NCBI GenBank assembly: GCA_010093605.1
Contig: MU004185.1
Location: 1,075,334 to 1,139,333 of the forward strand
Reading direction: 5' to 3'
Length of the DNA stretch: 64,000 bases
DNA from: Lophium mytilinum
Lineage: Eukaryota
Shown here: positions 48,276-61,931 of the stretch, piece after piece
Numbering within the stretch: the stretch's first letter is position 1
How the letters are laid out: each line of letters starts with the position of its first letter
Position numbers and translations under genes: made by a program
The notes under the pieces: generated by a model
What the model was told of the DNA's origin: nothing
Databases searched by the model: none
Seen by the model: the letters and a program-made list of their open reading frames with translations, nothing else

Positions 48276-49009
48276 AAGATTGGGAGAAGAGGGAGCTATT
48301 AGGGAAACGTAGCGAGAGAGATATCGTACCTCTTAAACTGAACTTACCAAAACAAAAAAAACCTTTTGATCTGATTTTGTACCTCAGTTGTGTTCTGAAA
48401 CTCAATCACGGAAGCCGCGTCATAGAGGGGCTGCTGAAGTTGAATCGCAGGTGAATGAAGACCGTGAAAATTTGTAAGAATTTGCGGTGTCGTGTAAGCA
48501 AGAACATAAGAACATAGCGTTGGTTTCTAGCCCTCGGCCTAATACATGGAGTACCCTGTAGTGTAGCACGCTGAATGATAACAGAGTCTCCTGCCGAACA
48601 AGAACATGGAATAGTTCAAAATGAACACGCTGCTAGTTGTGTTTGTTTCTTCCCAAGCATATTACAGTCGAGAATAACGAACAGGGGCGTGCTCATTGTC
48701 CTGGTAGTTTGAGTGCTTGATTGACCTTTATATATGGAGGTTGAAGGAATTTCAGTGAGTCAGAAGTGGGCAGTGGCAGGAGTGGCAGAGTAGCAGCAGG
48801 TGGGTCCCGCCTCGGCGATCGGAGCCATTTCTCCGGAACGAGGCGATTCGCTCGCGCCTGCCCACATTCTAAGCGAAAATCGACTCAGCAAGACCTCACC
48901 GACGCCGCTTCATCCACAAACCCTCAATCAACCGGTACGTGTGCAATCCACCCCGCTCGTGTTCGCGGCATCGACATCAAGCTGATCTATCTCCACAACT
49001 GTAGACATC

Positions 49010-49571
49010 ATGGGTAAAGGAAAGCCAAGAGGTCTCAACGCCGCGCGCAAGCTGCGAAACCACCGCCGCGAGAATCGGTGGTCCGATCTCTCCTTCAAGA
49101 AGCGCCTCCTCGGCACTGCCTACAAGTCCTCGCCATTCGGAGGCTCCTCCCACGCCAAGGGAATCGTTCTCGAGAAGGTCGGTGTTGAGGCCAAGCAGCC
49201 CAACTCTGCCATTCGGAAGTGCGTGAGGGTGCAGTTGATCAAGAACGGAAAGAAGGTCACCGCTTTCGGTACGTTGCAACCGGACGGATGAGACGGAAGA
49301 AAGAGATTCTGGAGTTCCTGCAGAGGCTAATGGGATGTTCAGTGCCAAATGACGGTTGCTTGAACTTCGTCGACGAGAACGACGAGGTCCTCCTAGCTGG
49401 TTTCGGTCGTAAGGGCAAGGCCAAGGGTGATATTCCTGGGTATGCACTTTCCAGTCCAATTGGGCCTCACGATACTAACAGCTGTCCAGTGTGCGTTTCA
49501 AGGTCGTCAAGGTCTCCGGAGTCGGTCTCTCAGCGCTGTGGAAGGAGAAGAAGGAGAAGCCCAGGTCATAG
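49010..49571 (+). CDS. RPS23: 40S ribosomal protein S23 (uS12); 5'UTR intron at 48935-49004 plus 2 coding introns
   Basis: [15 protein letters not shown]...[88 protein letters not shown]. Confidence 0.98.
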
Positions 49572-49985
49572 GTGCTTTCTCGATACAAGCTTGATGGTTC
49601 ACACGATGGTCGACGGGCAGCGGTCACGATGAAGGGGGCATTGGCCTCCGAGGTTGAAGGAAATGCTCTGCAGACACACTTGGAGGCGTTATGTGGACGA
49701 TAGTCTGGAAAAGGATGTTTGCTGAGGCGAATCTCATAAATGCGCCAAGACAACTCTTTCAATCAACTGGCTGACTGCTCTGAGACACACGGTCTATGTA
49801 TTGGTGCTCCTGTCCGACTGCCTTTTAGTTCTATGATCATCACACACGTCTAGCACCTGATTTAGCACAAATTGTTCTACGCTTGGATAATCAACTATGG
49901 ACGGTAGACTCATACAGAGCAGGCATATAATATAATCATTTATGTTGGTCGATCTCATCTCTGATGATGCGTTACGGTAGACGGG

Positions 49986-50250
49986 CTGTTGCGTATCGAA
50001 ATAAGTGTCGCTTTTGTGGCACGGGCCCGAACACCAACACCAACGCCGCAGATGAAGCAATTAATACTTTGTCATTTGGCCCACAGCCTCAAGAACAGCT
50101 TCCAGCCTATCTAGATATTCAGAAATGAGTTGAAATGGTTGAGGTTTGGTGGTGTAGGAGCATGTGGGAGTCTTATTGTTTGTTGTAATCGCCCAAGTGC
50201 ACGGGCTTAGCCCTTGCCACAAAAGCGACACTTATTTCGATGCGCAACAG
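49986..50250. mobile_element. MITE, 265 bp, 41-bp TIRs, 5-bp target-site duplication ACGGG
   Basis: CTGTTGCGTATCGAAATAAGTGTCGCTTTTGTGGCACGGGC (49986-50026) matches the reverse complement of 50210-50250 with 2 mismatches. ACGGG lies at 49981-49985 and 50251-50255. Confidence 0.9.
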
Positions 50251-50521
50251 ACGGGTTTGGCTGAGACGGCACAAGGGCCACTTTCGCGCGCTCACGGCTT
50301 GCGACTTTCGGGCATCGCTCCTTCACACCAGCGCGCGCCTAAGCGCGCTTTACAATCAACCTGCTAACCCACGAGCTAATTTGTGCAGCACCACGTCACT
50401 ATAAACTCGCCGTGGTCTGTTTCGCATGGACCATCAATTGAGCTAACTCTCCAAGTCTCGAGGCCAAGATTTACCTCTCAAGCTTCTTCAATTGCTCCAC
50501 CTTTTCACCTCTACAACTTTC

Positions 50522-51499
50522 ATGCTCACCAGCCTAGCAGTGGCCCTGATACTAGCTGCCGCTATCCAGTTCATTCCCTTCAATAATCACTTCCATAGTT
50601 ACCTCAAAACGTCTCCTAGTACAGCAGTCAACATGAGCACCCCACGCGCTTTCACCCTCAGCAAGGAGGTCTTCAATCCAAGCTTGTACAAGCTGGTCCA
50701 GTCCACTTGGTTTGGAGGCCTTCCCGAGGGCGCTAGAGCTCCGACTAAGGAGGTCGCGAAGGTACGTGGCATTCAATTGAGTCTTCTTACATTCTTCTTT
50801 CTGACTGGGCTTCAGAGATGGTGGGGAATGGGAGCCGTTCCCGAAGAGAAAGCCGCCTTCGACACAGTCTGCAGCTCCAACTTCCTCTCTGCTCTCGAAT
50901 CCATCGGCCCTGAGAAGTTCCCGCTCTCTCAGGTTCCCTCCTCTGCGATTGCCGAACCCTTTCTCCGCGAGATCAGCGAGCAATCCTCACAAGATGACGG
51001 CGCTGAGAGCGCGTCTACGGCCTTGAGCCTCATCCTGCTCCTCGATCAGATGTCTCGCAACATCTGGCGCACACCGTCAACACTCCCGCTGGTCTACAAC
51101 CACTATGACACCATCGCTACTGCTATCATGACGAGCCTCCTTTCACCCAACAGCACGCTCCCGCGTCTCGACAAACACCCCCTCTACCGCCTCTCAGCCG
51201 CCCACCGCTTCTGGTTCTATATGCCTCATATGCACTCAGAGTCTCGTGAGCTCCACCATCAGCTGGCTGGTGTGCTTGGCGAGTTCCGGAGCGAGCTTGT
51301 CGATGCTGGAACGGAGTGTAAGGATTCCCTCGGATACTTCGACAGGGCGGCGGGATTCGAGGAAATCCACGCCAAGATAGTTGAGAGATTCGGGAGATAT
51401 CCTCACAGGAACGAGGTTCTGGGTCGAGAGTCGACTGAGGAGGAGGCGAAGTACCTCGCGGACGGAGGAGAGACCTTTGGTGTGGGCAAGAAGGCTTAG
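50522..51499 (+). CDS. DUF924-family protein (start at ATG 50522 or 50633; in-frame 54-nt intron ~50762-50815)
   Basis: LSLILLLDQMSRNIWR, FWFYMPHMHSE and IVERFGRYPHRNEVLGRESTEEE are DUF924 motifs. Confidence 0.9.
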   Translation: MLTSLAVALILAAAIQFIPFNNHFHSYLKTSPSTAVNMSTPRAFTLSKEVFNPSLYKLVQSTWFGGLPEGARAPTKEVAKVRGIQLSLLTFFFLTGLQRWWGMGAVPEEKAAFDTVCSSNFLSALESIGPEKFPLSQVPSSAIAEPFLREISEQSSQDDGAESASTALSLILLLDQMSRNIWRTPSTLPLVYNHYDTIATAIMTSLLSPNSTLPRLDKHPLYRLSAAHRFWFYMPHMHSESRELHHQLAGVLGEFRSELVDAGTECKDSLGYFDRAAGFEEIHAKIVERFGRYPHRNEVLGRESTEEEAKYLADGGETFGVGKKA

Positions 51500-52113
51500 G
51501 ATCGGTATGTCCTCTGACGCTGCGATGACGGGTTGGGATGAACTCCAGCTTCCCTTCAAACTAATGACGGCTGACTTTCAATTTTCATGATATGAGGGGG
51601 TCTTGATGTGGAGGGTTGGCATCCGAAACTCCTTTCTGGCGTTTTATGCGGGCAGATGAAAATTTTGGAGGTGGCCCAGGGTGTCATGCCCGAGCCATTG
51701 TCCCTTCGATTCCTGCTATGATTTGGGCGTTGAAAAAGGGTATGCTGAACGGCTTCTCCATTATGATACCCCAACAAACCGATGTACTAATGTCCTCACA
51801 CATATTGAATATCAATATTGATTTCACGTTTAAACTCAGATGATTTGCACGTGCTTCTATGGACAACATCAGAAAATATGTCTTAGAATGTGTTTCTCTT
51901 GCCAGCGAAGACTTGTCAATGAGGGTGGCACATGAGAACACCGATTGGACGCCAGCATGCAGTCTGAAAATGCGCCTGACGAGGCTGCATCAGAGGATAT
52001 CGACTCAGCCTCTTTTGCCTTCCTTTTTCCTGGATCCTTTCGAGTCTCCGTCGTTGTCTTCTTCACTAAACATCCCGTTGCATTTCGCCTGCTTACCAAA
52101 TATTACCGTCGCC

Positions 52114-53950
52114 ATGGCAGCTCTCACTGCGTTCTCCGTCGCATCAAATGCCATCAGCCTTGCAGATATCGCTTTCAAGCTCGGCAAAGAAACCTTCGAA
52201 ATCTACGATCGCCACCGCCATGCTGCCCAAAGCGTTCCTCGACTTTTGTCCGAGCTCCAGGCTCTGATGTCCGTTATATCGCACACGCAGATGTTCCTGC
52301 GCGACTTCGAGAAGTCTCCTTTTGCAGTCAACGACAAGCAAATACTGCCAAATCTGCAGACAATCCTCACACTCTGCGAGAATGAATTCAGAGAGTTGCG
52401 CAAAATTGCAAGCGAGGTCAAGGTTGTAGACGGAGATTCGTGGCTGGAGCGATTGCGGAAAAGCTGGCGATGGACAGCTGAAGATAAAAGCGTGGAAGAT
52501 GCAAGTGTGCGTCTGCATAGGCTGGGGACAAACCTCACAGCGGCCCTATCGGTTACAGGAAGGTAAGTTATCCAGCGATATGCTGCTGAACAAGGTCTGA
52601 CTCATACGTGGCAGGCAGCAAGACATCGCCATTCGCAAGGAGATGCAGGAAACGAGGAACGACATCGCTACCCTCTTTCAAACGTTAACTCAATATACAA
52701 TATCAGTGACCACAAAGGCCCCTATCAGTCCCCAGGCGCCTCGCCAGATTAAGCCTTTCCGGCACAGTAAGAAACGAGCTTTGATCATCACATCACCAAA
52801 AGCAGGGACAAGAAGCCTTTCGAATGCATGCGACATCACTCGCAAGGTGGTCTCATGCGGTCCGCTAGATCTTAAGAATACCCAATCCTCTACCTACGAC
52901 TTGGAGGTTCAGTCATTCCGGTCCTATGCTTCCCAATTGACGCAAATTGGACTTTTCGAAAACCAAGACCAGACACTAGCTCTTGAAGCTGAACCCGAAA
53001 TGCTGGAACAAATCACCTTGCCTTTAATCCTTCTAAGAAAGTGTCTTCGCCAGGCATTTGACATCGCGGCTTCCTCAGGGAATGTCATCCTGACTAAAAG
53101 CGAATGCTTTTACATCAAGAGTGTTTTGGATCAACTTCTCGCCTCGTGCCACAATGCATCCGCAGACTTTCTCTCTCTGAATTCAACAACATCGCAAGAA
53201 CTCAGCAAGAACCTAAGGCCAGTGGTACGGGCCGCGTTGAAACCGTCGAATCCCTCGCGACCCTCGTCCTGGTCACTACAGTCGATGCCCAGGACCTTGG
53301 TTCGGCAACTGTATGCGACACATACTCCACTTGGCCGCCTTGAAATAGACGTTGCAGCCCTGAGAAACTCGCTCACAGATCAAATGGCGAACCAAGTTTT
53401 CGCTTTCTCTTTCTCATTTCGACCGACTCAGTTGTTGGCTCAAGATGCGATTTCAGTCACGTACATGTCGAATCTGATGTTTCGGCTCAGCACGGAGCCG
53501 CCAATCAATCGTATCTATCCTCATCGCGACCCATACCTATGGACTGGGGCACTGAAGACGTCTCTCGGTCAAAGCGATACCGCCTCCTATTCGACATTGT
53601 GCGCCCATATGTCATCTAATGCCGACCGTCATATCACATTGTCATTAGACTTGTGGACATCTGAGTTACCGCAAGAAGCAAGTATTATTCTTCGACGCAT
53701 GAATAGGGCATGGCCGATCAGGATAGGCGACATCCAGCTCTGGAAATATGAGGCGACTCGTGAGACCAATAAGCCACAGAAAACATGGAATATTGCGCGC
53801 TACCTCCAAGGGGCTTCCAATGAAAGGTATTTCTCGGCGCAAGATGATATAGCATGGGAGGTGCCATTGCGGCGGTCGGCCGCTTGGAGTTTATTGTGCA
53901 CACCCTTACATGGACGATCTCCCACCCCCAACGCACGATACATACGATAG
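52114..53950 (+). CDS. Protein with fungal N-terminal STAND (HeLo-like) domain and an unrecognised C-terminal region
   Basis: MAALTAFSVASNAISLADIAFKLGKETFEIY..., WLERLRKSWRW and LTAALSVTG; intron at ~52563-52615; long second exon. The 3' end is uncertain. Confidence 0.65.
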
Positions 53951-54936
53951 TTCGGAAACGGTTTTTAAATTTTACCAATCGTGTTGCAGTATGGGTTCTA
54001 CCCCGGAACATGAGGCAGAAAATAGCAATGAGCTCTGGACGCCTAACACCGAGCTCGATCTCGATACCCACAACTTTGTCTCGCTTCAGTGCAGAGATAT
54101 TTGGGTCTAGCGAAGACATGACAGATCACGAGCAAGATGATTCGGCCTAATTGGCCATTCGAAACGTTCCCGGGATGATACATGTGCAAAGGAAGTCGCG
54201 TTGCATGGGAGCTTGGGATCAAATGATTTCATGAGTTTGATTATAACGAGAAAAACGGAAACTTGACGTGCTCGTGCGCCCTAACTGCTCTATGAAAAGA
54301 CTGAGTGTGCAGCTCCTGGAGACGCAACCTGCGGACCCCACCTCTATTTTGATGGGCAAATGGATTATGTATTATACAAACTCTCCGTCCATTCTTCACG
54401 TCTCGGCGCATCTAGTCGCGCTGGAATTTCTGTTATACGAGACGTGGTTGTTGAGTTATCTGCGAAAAGGTGGGTTTGCGGTTGAATGGCCGAAAATTTG
54501 AGGTTTCCGCAACTCAACACCTTTGGTTTTCTTGGCGGCCAAGACTTGCCGAAAGGAGGACTGGAAGGTGCGCACGTGAGCGAGGAGGAAGGGGCGAGAG
54601 CGCGGATTGGCTCAGCAGACTCACCACGAGGCTTCCACCCGTCGCCGAACAACTCCGCAGCGAATGCGTTGGCAGGTCGGCGACGACGAAAGACAGGAGA
54701 CGACCTCCCAAGGTGATATATAAGGTTGAGTATCTCTGCATCCTCATTAACTCTTCCCTAAACCGGCCGAGAGTCGCGTGGGAAACATCCGACCTACGAC
54801 GGTGACTTGAGCCTTCCAACTCTACCCAACATGACCAACAAAAGCGTCAGCCGCTTGCTTCCACCGAACCAGCCTCCTACACCACTCACCCCCTCCCTAT
54901 ACTTCATGGGCTGGAACCGTACACGAAACTCCAGCC

Positions 54937-55997
54937 ATGGACAAGGTGTCGCAACTCTTCAAGGACGCCATGGGCGTCGGCAAGCAACCCCAGGAGGCGG
55001 ACGACGTGGTCAATCGGCCTCCGGTGCGACATGCCTTGCGATTGAGATCGAATGGACTTGTGGACTTGTCAACGCCCGGCGACGAGATAGCCGTAATGTA
55101 CGTCTTCAGTTCGTTCAAGTATCTTCGCGAATACTTCTCTAATGTATCTTTAGAAGCGATCGCAACTGCCGGCAATCACCTCTTCTCCGCCTTCCGCCAG
55201 AGATACGCAATCGCATCTTCAGACTCGCCTTTGGCGGCGACGGTAGGCATATCCACGTTTACGACAGGTCACTTGACCCGACTTCCAACCCGAGCTCTAC
55301 AGCAGCTAGTACCCCGGAGCCCTCCAAGGTCGCCAAGTTCCTGGGATGTAGCGGAAGCCAAAAGAAGAAGCACGAAGAGGAGCTGAAGCATTCACCCATC
55401 GGCCCACTGACTAACTGCATGTACGACGACCACGAGGAGTGCTTCAAGAAGCCAGACGCCAAATCGCTGCAACTCCTCGGCTTCCGTGGCGTCCTGCCCT
55501 GGGAAGCGCCGCAGCTCGGCCACGACCGCATGACGCTCATCGCGCGCACCTGTCGCCAGATCTACAACGAATGCGCGCTGATGCCGTACATGCTCAACGT
55601 CTTCTCCTTCAGCCCTGGCGTCATCGGGACGTGGATGCAGCGGCGCATCCCCGCGCAGAAGGCCGTCATCACCACGCTGTTCGCAGAGCACCTGGCCTGC
55701 AGCTACAACGTGATGCGGTGCCTTTGGGGCAACGCTAGCGCGCAACGCGCGTTGAGTCGGGATAGCAACTACGACCGGAGACTGTTCCAGGGCTGGACTG
55801 CGCTGAAGATGGTTTACATCTCGCGCCCGGTGGTCGCGAGTGTCTATGGCAGGCGATGTCTGTGCCATGGGGATTTGGTCGTTGAGCTCGAGGAAGATAT
55901 GCAGGATACGATCGCTAGGCGAATTTGCGCGAAGAGGATTGACGATATTCTGTCCATTGCGCCTCCTGGTCTCAAGGTCGAGCTTCTGGATTGGTGA
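54937..55997 (+). CDS. Hypothetical protein (DUF7730-like); exon structure uncertain
   Basis: High-GC3 exon with TCRQIYNECALMPYMLNVFSF, and an upstream ORF starting MDKVSQLFKDAMG. Confidence 0.5.
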
Positions 55998-56576
55998 CGG
56001 CCGAGGGACGATGGGTGATGGACCTTTGGGGAATCGACCAGCTTGTGACGGACCTGTCTATAACGGATCAGCGTATGAGGGGCTTGTACAGGATGAACTA
56101 CCTTACGATGAGCTAAGGACGATGCAAAGTCCGGAGGGCGGACTTGCAGACGACGCGACATGCTCCTGGATAGACTAACGAGGTATGACTTCTTGGAGCG
56201 CTTGGACGGTTAACGGTGTGTTATATGGGATCTGTTTTTACGGCTGATGCTTTAACGATGTACGACTTTTACGAATGTCAAAAGGGGAGATTGGAGAGTT
56301 GCTTCGAATGGTGATAACATGGCTGGAGACTTCCATGCGAGACATGACACGATAACATGAAACACAGTTTTACTACTGGAAGAACGTGACCTGTTCATTT
56401 GACATGGAACCTGCAATGATGGCGCTTAGTTCGAGCAGCACGATTAATGAATTGTAAAATACTAACCCCACACTCTCTCGTCAGCTCGAAGCGAACACGA
56501 GAAATACTAACCGCTCCAAAACCCTACTGCGAGAGATATACATACACTCAACCCCCCTATCCCTGCCACATCACCT

Positions 56577-59500
56577 CTATGCACAAATCGGACACTTAAA
56601 CCGCCTCTTCCCCCCCTCCTTCCCCTCCTCACCTCCCTCATCCATCGCACGCACAAGACACCTCCGATGCCAAAGATGCCGACACGCAAACACAACCAAC
56701 GGGCCCACCTCCTCCTTCTTCCCCTCTCCCTCCTCTTCCTCTCTACTACTCTCCTCCTCCTCCTCATCATCACCACTCCCCGTCGCCCTCCCCTTCCCCC
56801 TCTCCTCCCGCCGCCTCACCTCACTCCCCCCTCTCCTTCTCCCTCTTCTTTCTTCTTCCCGCTCCCCCCGCCGCGCCCACGCATCCCAGATATCCCCGCC
56901 CGCGCCCGGCCCCCACGCCCGCCGCCGGCACCCCTCGCACACCTGCCCGCGCGGCCGCCAACCCCGCTGCCGCAGCCCGTGCACCGCCGCGACGTGCGTG
57001 AAGGCGTCTTTGTCGAGGAAGCGGGTTGCGAGAGCGAGGATCGTGTCTTCGAAGGCGTAGGCGGCGAAGATGTCGGCTAGAACGGCGCGGAGGTCGGAGA
57101 GGGAGGGGGAGGAGCGCGAGGCGCGGGTTAGGAAGGCGCGGAGGATGCGGAGAAAAGACGGGTGTTGGTGGTGGTGGCGAGAATGGGAGCGGGAGGGGGT
57201 GGGGCGGGTTTTCTGGGGGGTTGTCGTTGAGGTTGAGGTTGATGAGGGGGGAGGAGGTTTGGGGGTGGCGGCTGTGGAGGCGAGGAGGGCGCTGAAGGTT
57301 TGTTGGACGGTGGCGCGGAGGGAGGTGGTGATTTTGGCGGTGTCGAGGCCGGCGGGTTGGGTGGTGGTTAGGGTGGAGGCGGCGGAGGAGACGGTCTTGG
57401 TGACGCTGACGACGGTGTCGACGAGGTCGAGCCAGAGGAGTTCGTCGATAGCGAGGCTTTCTTCGGTGTCGCCGATGGAAGGATCTAGTCGAGTAGGGTT
57501 GGCGGAGCTGCGTTCCATCGTCCGGGTTTGGCCTTGACATAGCCATATTCCGACCTTGGTGTATTTCTCTACACCGTCCAACAAATCCCCGACAGCTTCT
57601 TCCGTATTCGCGGCATCTGGACTGTCGGCGGCGGCCTTGATTAGGCTGGTCAAAGCAATTTCGAGAGTGCCCAGGTGCTTGACAAGTCGACCCATAGCAT
57701 CCTTGACGAGACCATCACGGGCCATGAGTACAACTGTAGCATCGACTACGCCGCTCTTCTCAAGGGCCGGAAGCACTGAGCTGAGCCGCAGATCCCCTGA
57801 CTTGAGAATGCTCACGAAGTCCGCGACGTGAGCGCTATTGTATTTGCACATCAATTGGACGTATCGCTCGGCAAAGCCAGATGGAGCCCCTTCTCCTAGG
57901 TAATGTGAATCAACGTTGCTCTGCTCTTCCGGTTCAATGATGGCCCGTAAGAACTGATACTGCGATTCCGACTCATCTTCCAGAGCATCCAGAACATCGC
58001 GTAGGAGATCCGGAGCGTATTGCTTAGTGATTCTAGCAGTTCGAAATGCATCAATGCTGGCAAGCTCTCTTGCATGGCCGACAATGACGGCCTTGACTTC
58101 GTTGATTTGCTTCTTGTTGAGACCTCTGCTAGGCCTCATGCAATCGCCAATGCACTCAAAAATTGATTCTCGGCTCTCGGTATCGTTGAGATGTGCCTCG
58201 AGAAGTTTAGCATATTGCTGAGAGCTCTTATAGACGGATTTAAGGACTCGATGGAAACCGGCTTGTTCGAAAAGCGGAACAAGACTCTGAAGGTCTGGAG
58301 GATGGTAGATGGAAAGTAGGTATTCAACACTGAGCTGGCAGTCGTCCTTGACGACGTCGGTAGGGTAATTGCACAGACCGATGAGAATTTTGTGAAGCGA
58401 CGTTCCGGGTAATATGATATGCTGCGGATACTTTGGGAGGTTGCGGGCTAAGAACATGTAAAAGTAGATGATGTCTTCTGGATCAAATTCCTCGGGAGTC
58501 ATCAGACCCAACAGAACATTGATAATGTATCGTCGAGTTGGTGTAAACGACGAAGCTTGTTGGGTTCCATTTGTCTGAGTACCATTCCCATTTGGGTTCG
58601 AATCTTGTTCGCCATTCAGATAGCTGTCTTCGAACGCCTCGTTGAGCATGCTCATGAAACTTCCTGTGTCGAATGAAAGAATCATACGCAAATAGGGGAA
58701 AGGTGGCTCCTGGCCCTTATCTGAGCGTGAAAGGAAAACCTCGCCGGATCCCTTCGGCCAATCGAGGGCTTTTCCAGAGAAGAGGTAGCTGTACAAGTCT
58801 CTTTTAGCTTGGTTTGCATCCGCGTCCTCCATGAAAGTGCCACTAGGATAGACACGACTAGTGAAACTATAGGCAAGATATGGGAATATCTTCATAGCGG
58901 AGGCAACATAGACGTTCTCTGTCTGATCATCTCTGTCATCGTAATCGACTACCTTGATGAGGGTCAAAATGTTGATAAGTGGAGTGATGTAGTCGTGAAG
59001 TGCCTGTGTCCAGACATATATGAGAGCGTCATACAAAGTGTACTGCTGACAGAGAGTTGTGACTTGGTCGATGTCCATAGTGAGGGTGTTGAGCCGGCAT
59101 AGCATTTCTTCGAGCCTTTTGGCGCGATTCGAGGACGCATAGTACGTGATGAGGTCCTTCAAAACATTAGGTGGAACCGCTGTAATCTCTTCTTCCAGAA
59201 TGTAAGGCTCGAGAGTTTGGAAGAAGATACCCTCGGCTGATCCTTCTTCGTAAGCGTCATAAATTTCTTCGAACAAGAAGTCTTGTTCTTTCATACTCAA
59301 ACAGCCAGTAAAGCATACTTCAGCTAGGTCTGTTAGTTGCTTCTCCCGAGTGTCTTTATCAAGAACGTTGGATTTCCGCGCAAAGGTGTATTTCAAGGAA
59401 GCGGCCATCATATCAAGCAGCTTCTCTTGAACAAGCTTGTGCCGCGCTGTATGGTCCTCTGGCAAGCCGACGGTCAATTTGTCTGCATCGCCGTTGTAGT

Positions 59501-61496
59501 AGGAGGTAGCAAGCCCAATAGCCGCAATAAAGTCGCCATCTTCCATGAGAGCCAGCAAGCGGTCAGCCCAGTTGGACAAAGTGCCAATGGAGATATCGTT
59601 GAATCCCAGAATGAACAGTCGCCCTTTGTAGGCCCGGAAGCTCATGTGAAATGCGTCTGCTACAACACCGTGCATTGAGTCATCTTGTTCGTCGAGTTGT
59701 TCGATCACTGGTTGAAGCTGCTTCGAGAACAAATCTTCATGGTATATGTGTTTCTGCAACAGATCGAATGAGTCTGTGATTCGTAACGATGTGTCTTCCA
59801 ATATGATCAGACGCTGGCTGATGGTCAAAACCCCGAGCACGGATCTACTCAACCACTGAACAGCTACAATAGCTTCGTCGCCCCTCCAGCGACTCCGTGG
59901 TTTAAACGTAAGCTCTGGTGGCTTCTCTTTGTCCGGTACCGTTATCGCGTCGACATCCAGAATTGTCAAGATGTTTGACCAGCAGTAGACGAGTTTTGTT
60001 TTCGAGACCTGCTGCTGGGAGTTGCCGGAGGCGTTCTTTAGTTTCACCGCGGGAAACCAAGCCAAGCACCCACTTAGCGTGCTATGAGGTGCGATTTCCT
60101 TTGGTCTTGAGGCTTTATGTTGCGTTTGAGCAAGGGGCGTAGTAGACACAATGACTAGCAGGTACGGCGTAAGAAGCGCAGTCAAGCCCATGCTGTCAGT
60201 AGGCTGCTCCACGTTTCCCAGTGGCAGAGGCGCAAATGCTAGGACTGAACTAGGTTTCCGGGGTCGCTCGGTTGACTTCGCTGTTAAAGGGTATCTCCCC
60301 AGAATCCGAGTGATCTTCACAGTCCTTGCGACTGCTCCGAGACCTCTCGTGGCGAGATGAGAAAATGCCATTCCACCGTCATCTGCGGAGACAAGGGCAG
60401 TATGTCTTGTGCCCAAGAAGCCCACATGAAGAATCGCTGTGTCAGCGACATGTCCATCAGACCGCCGATCATCTAGCGCGCCTCTTTCGATCGGAGGAAT
60501 ATGAAGAAACGGCTTGGCCGGCCTTGCAAGCTCCCACGTGAAAATGTTTCCAGTACCATGTCCTCCAGCAACGGTTGAATGATCAGCAGAAATAGCCAAA
60601 GAAGTCACTGGCCCGCATTCAATAGCTGTATTCGTCGTTAACGCAATTCATATCGAACATTTAGAGCTGTGGTTACCTTTGGTACCTGGTCCTATGATGG
60701 ATTTGAGCACTTGATTATAGTCGAAAACCAGAATGAAGCCTTTTGACGTGCCGACCACAATCGACGCAGCAACTGCTAGGCATGTGGGACGGCCAAAATT
60801 GCGCTTCCCAACCTCTGAGAATATTTGGCCTGTTATCTTCTTCAACTTGGTCCACCGTACCACTTCCCATGGAGCTTGCGGAGTATCTGCTTCACTCTGC
60901 TGATACAAGAGAGTGCTTGCTACAGAGGACTGCCGCGACCGCGTATTTAGGAAGGCGGGAGATACCACTCTTGGTGAGTGTAGCGGGGATGGTGTTAATC
61001 GAGAGGAAAAGCGTCGTTCGAACGGCTGCAGAGCGGCGGGATGGTGCATGCGAGAGAAGGAGGCATGAGAGGCTGGTACACTCGGGGAGGATAGTATTGA
61101 GCCCTGAAGCAATTAGATGTGTCCATGATACCCCATCCAAGAGCTTACTTGAATCGAGGGCGTATCATCTGGTATTGATGCTGATTCCGGACTCCCAGGG
61201 ACCTGGGCTCGTTGCCGGGTGGGTAATCCAGAGCCTACTTCTGTGCCATCATCTGTACCCTGCTCTTCATGATCCCTAGCAGTAGGTATTGCAAAATAAC
61301 CTCCATTGGCACCAGTTCGTAGCTCGTCCCGTACATGCTGCTGCTCTTCCTCGATAACCTCCTTCGTCAGGACACCACCATCGTTTGACTCCTCTTGCTC
61401 CACGAAGTCCCCAAATGGCTCCTCCACTGTTGCACCGCTTGTCCCCCGCTCTTCCTTGTCAGCGGTGACATCGCTCTCTCCCGAATCTGAGCTCAT
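56577..61496 (-). CDS. VPS8: CORVET subunit Vps8 (beta-propeller, clathrin-like repeat, C-terminal RING), 2 introns
   Basis: PWEVVRWTKLKKI...FGRPTCLAV..IVVGTSKG, LSNWADRLLALM, LYDALIYVW and C-terminal CEGC...FACRHLWHRRCL...CPIC. Confidence 0.93.
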
Positions 61497-61931
61497 CGGT
61501 CTTGTTTGCTGCGGCGCATGTCTTCAATCGCGCGTTGAAGGTTGAGCTTGAAGGGGGCGGGATATTGATTAAACCCAGAGACCTGTAAGCATCGGTGAAG
61601 TTCCCCGTGTATCTGAAGCTATTCGGTGGGTCCGTGTACTGTTTGTTGCGGCGATGCGGTGGTGCCTGGGAGGAGTTCAAGTACTCTACAACGATTGCGG
61701 CAGACGGGGTCCAGGATGTAATTTCGAAACTAGAGCAATCCTCGGTCTCAAGTCTCCTGGAATTAGAGGTTCAGGGCAGTAGGAACGTAGGCGAGGCAGG
61801 GAGTGCAGTTGGTGGTGGTGTATCATTCAAGCTTCGAGGCGCTGTTGTCGATCCGGCAAACACCGCCTAGCTTCGATGCTCATCTTCTACTCCTCAAACA
61901 TCACCACAACATAATCCACAAAGTCTCCAAA

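Noticed and set aside
56660..57420. Strong purine/pyrimidine strand skew at the VPS8 3' end
   Set aside because: Explained by low-complexity coding sequence; similar skew occurs at the 3' ends of other genes in the window.
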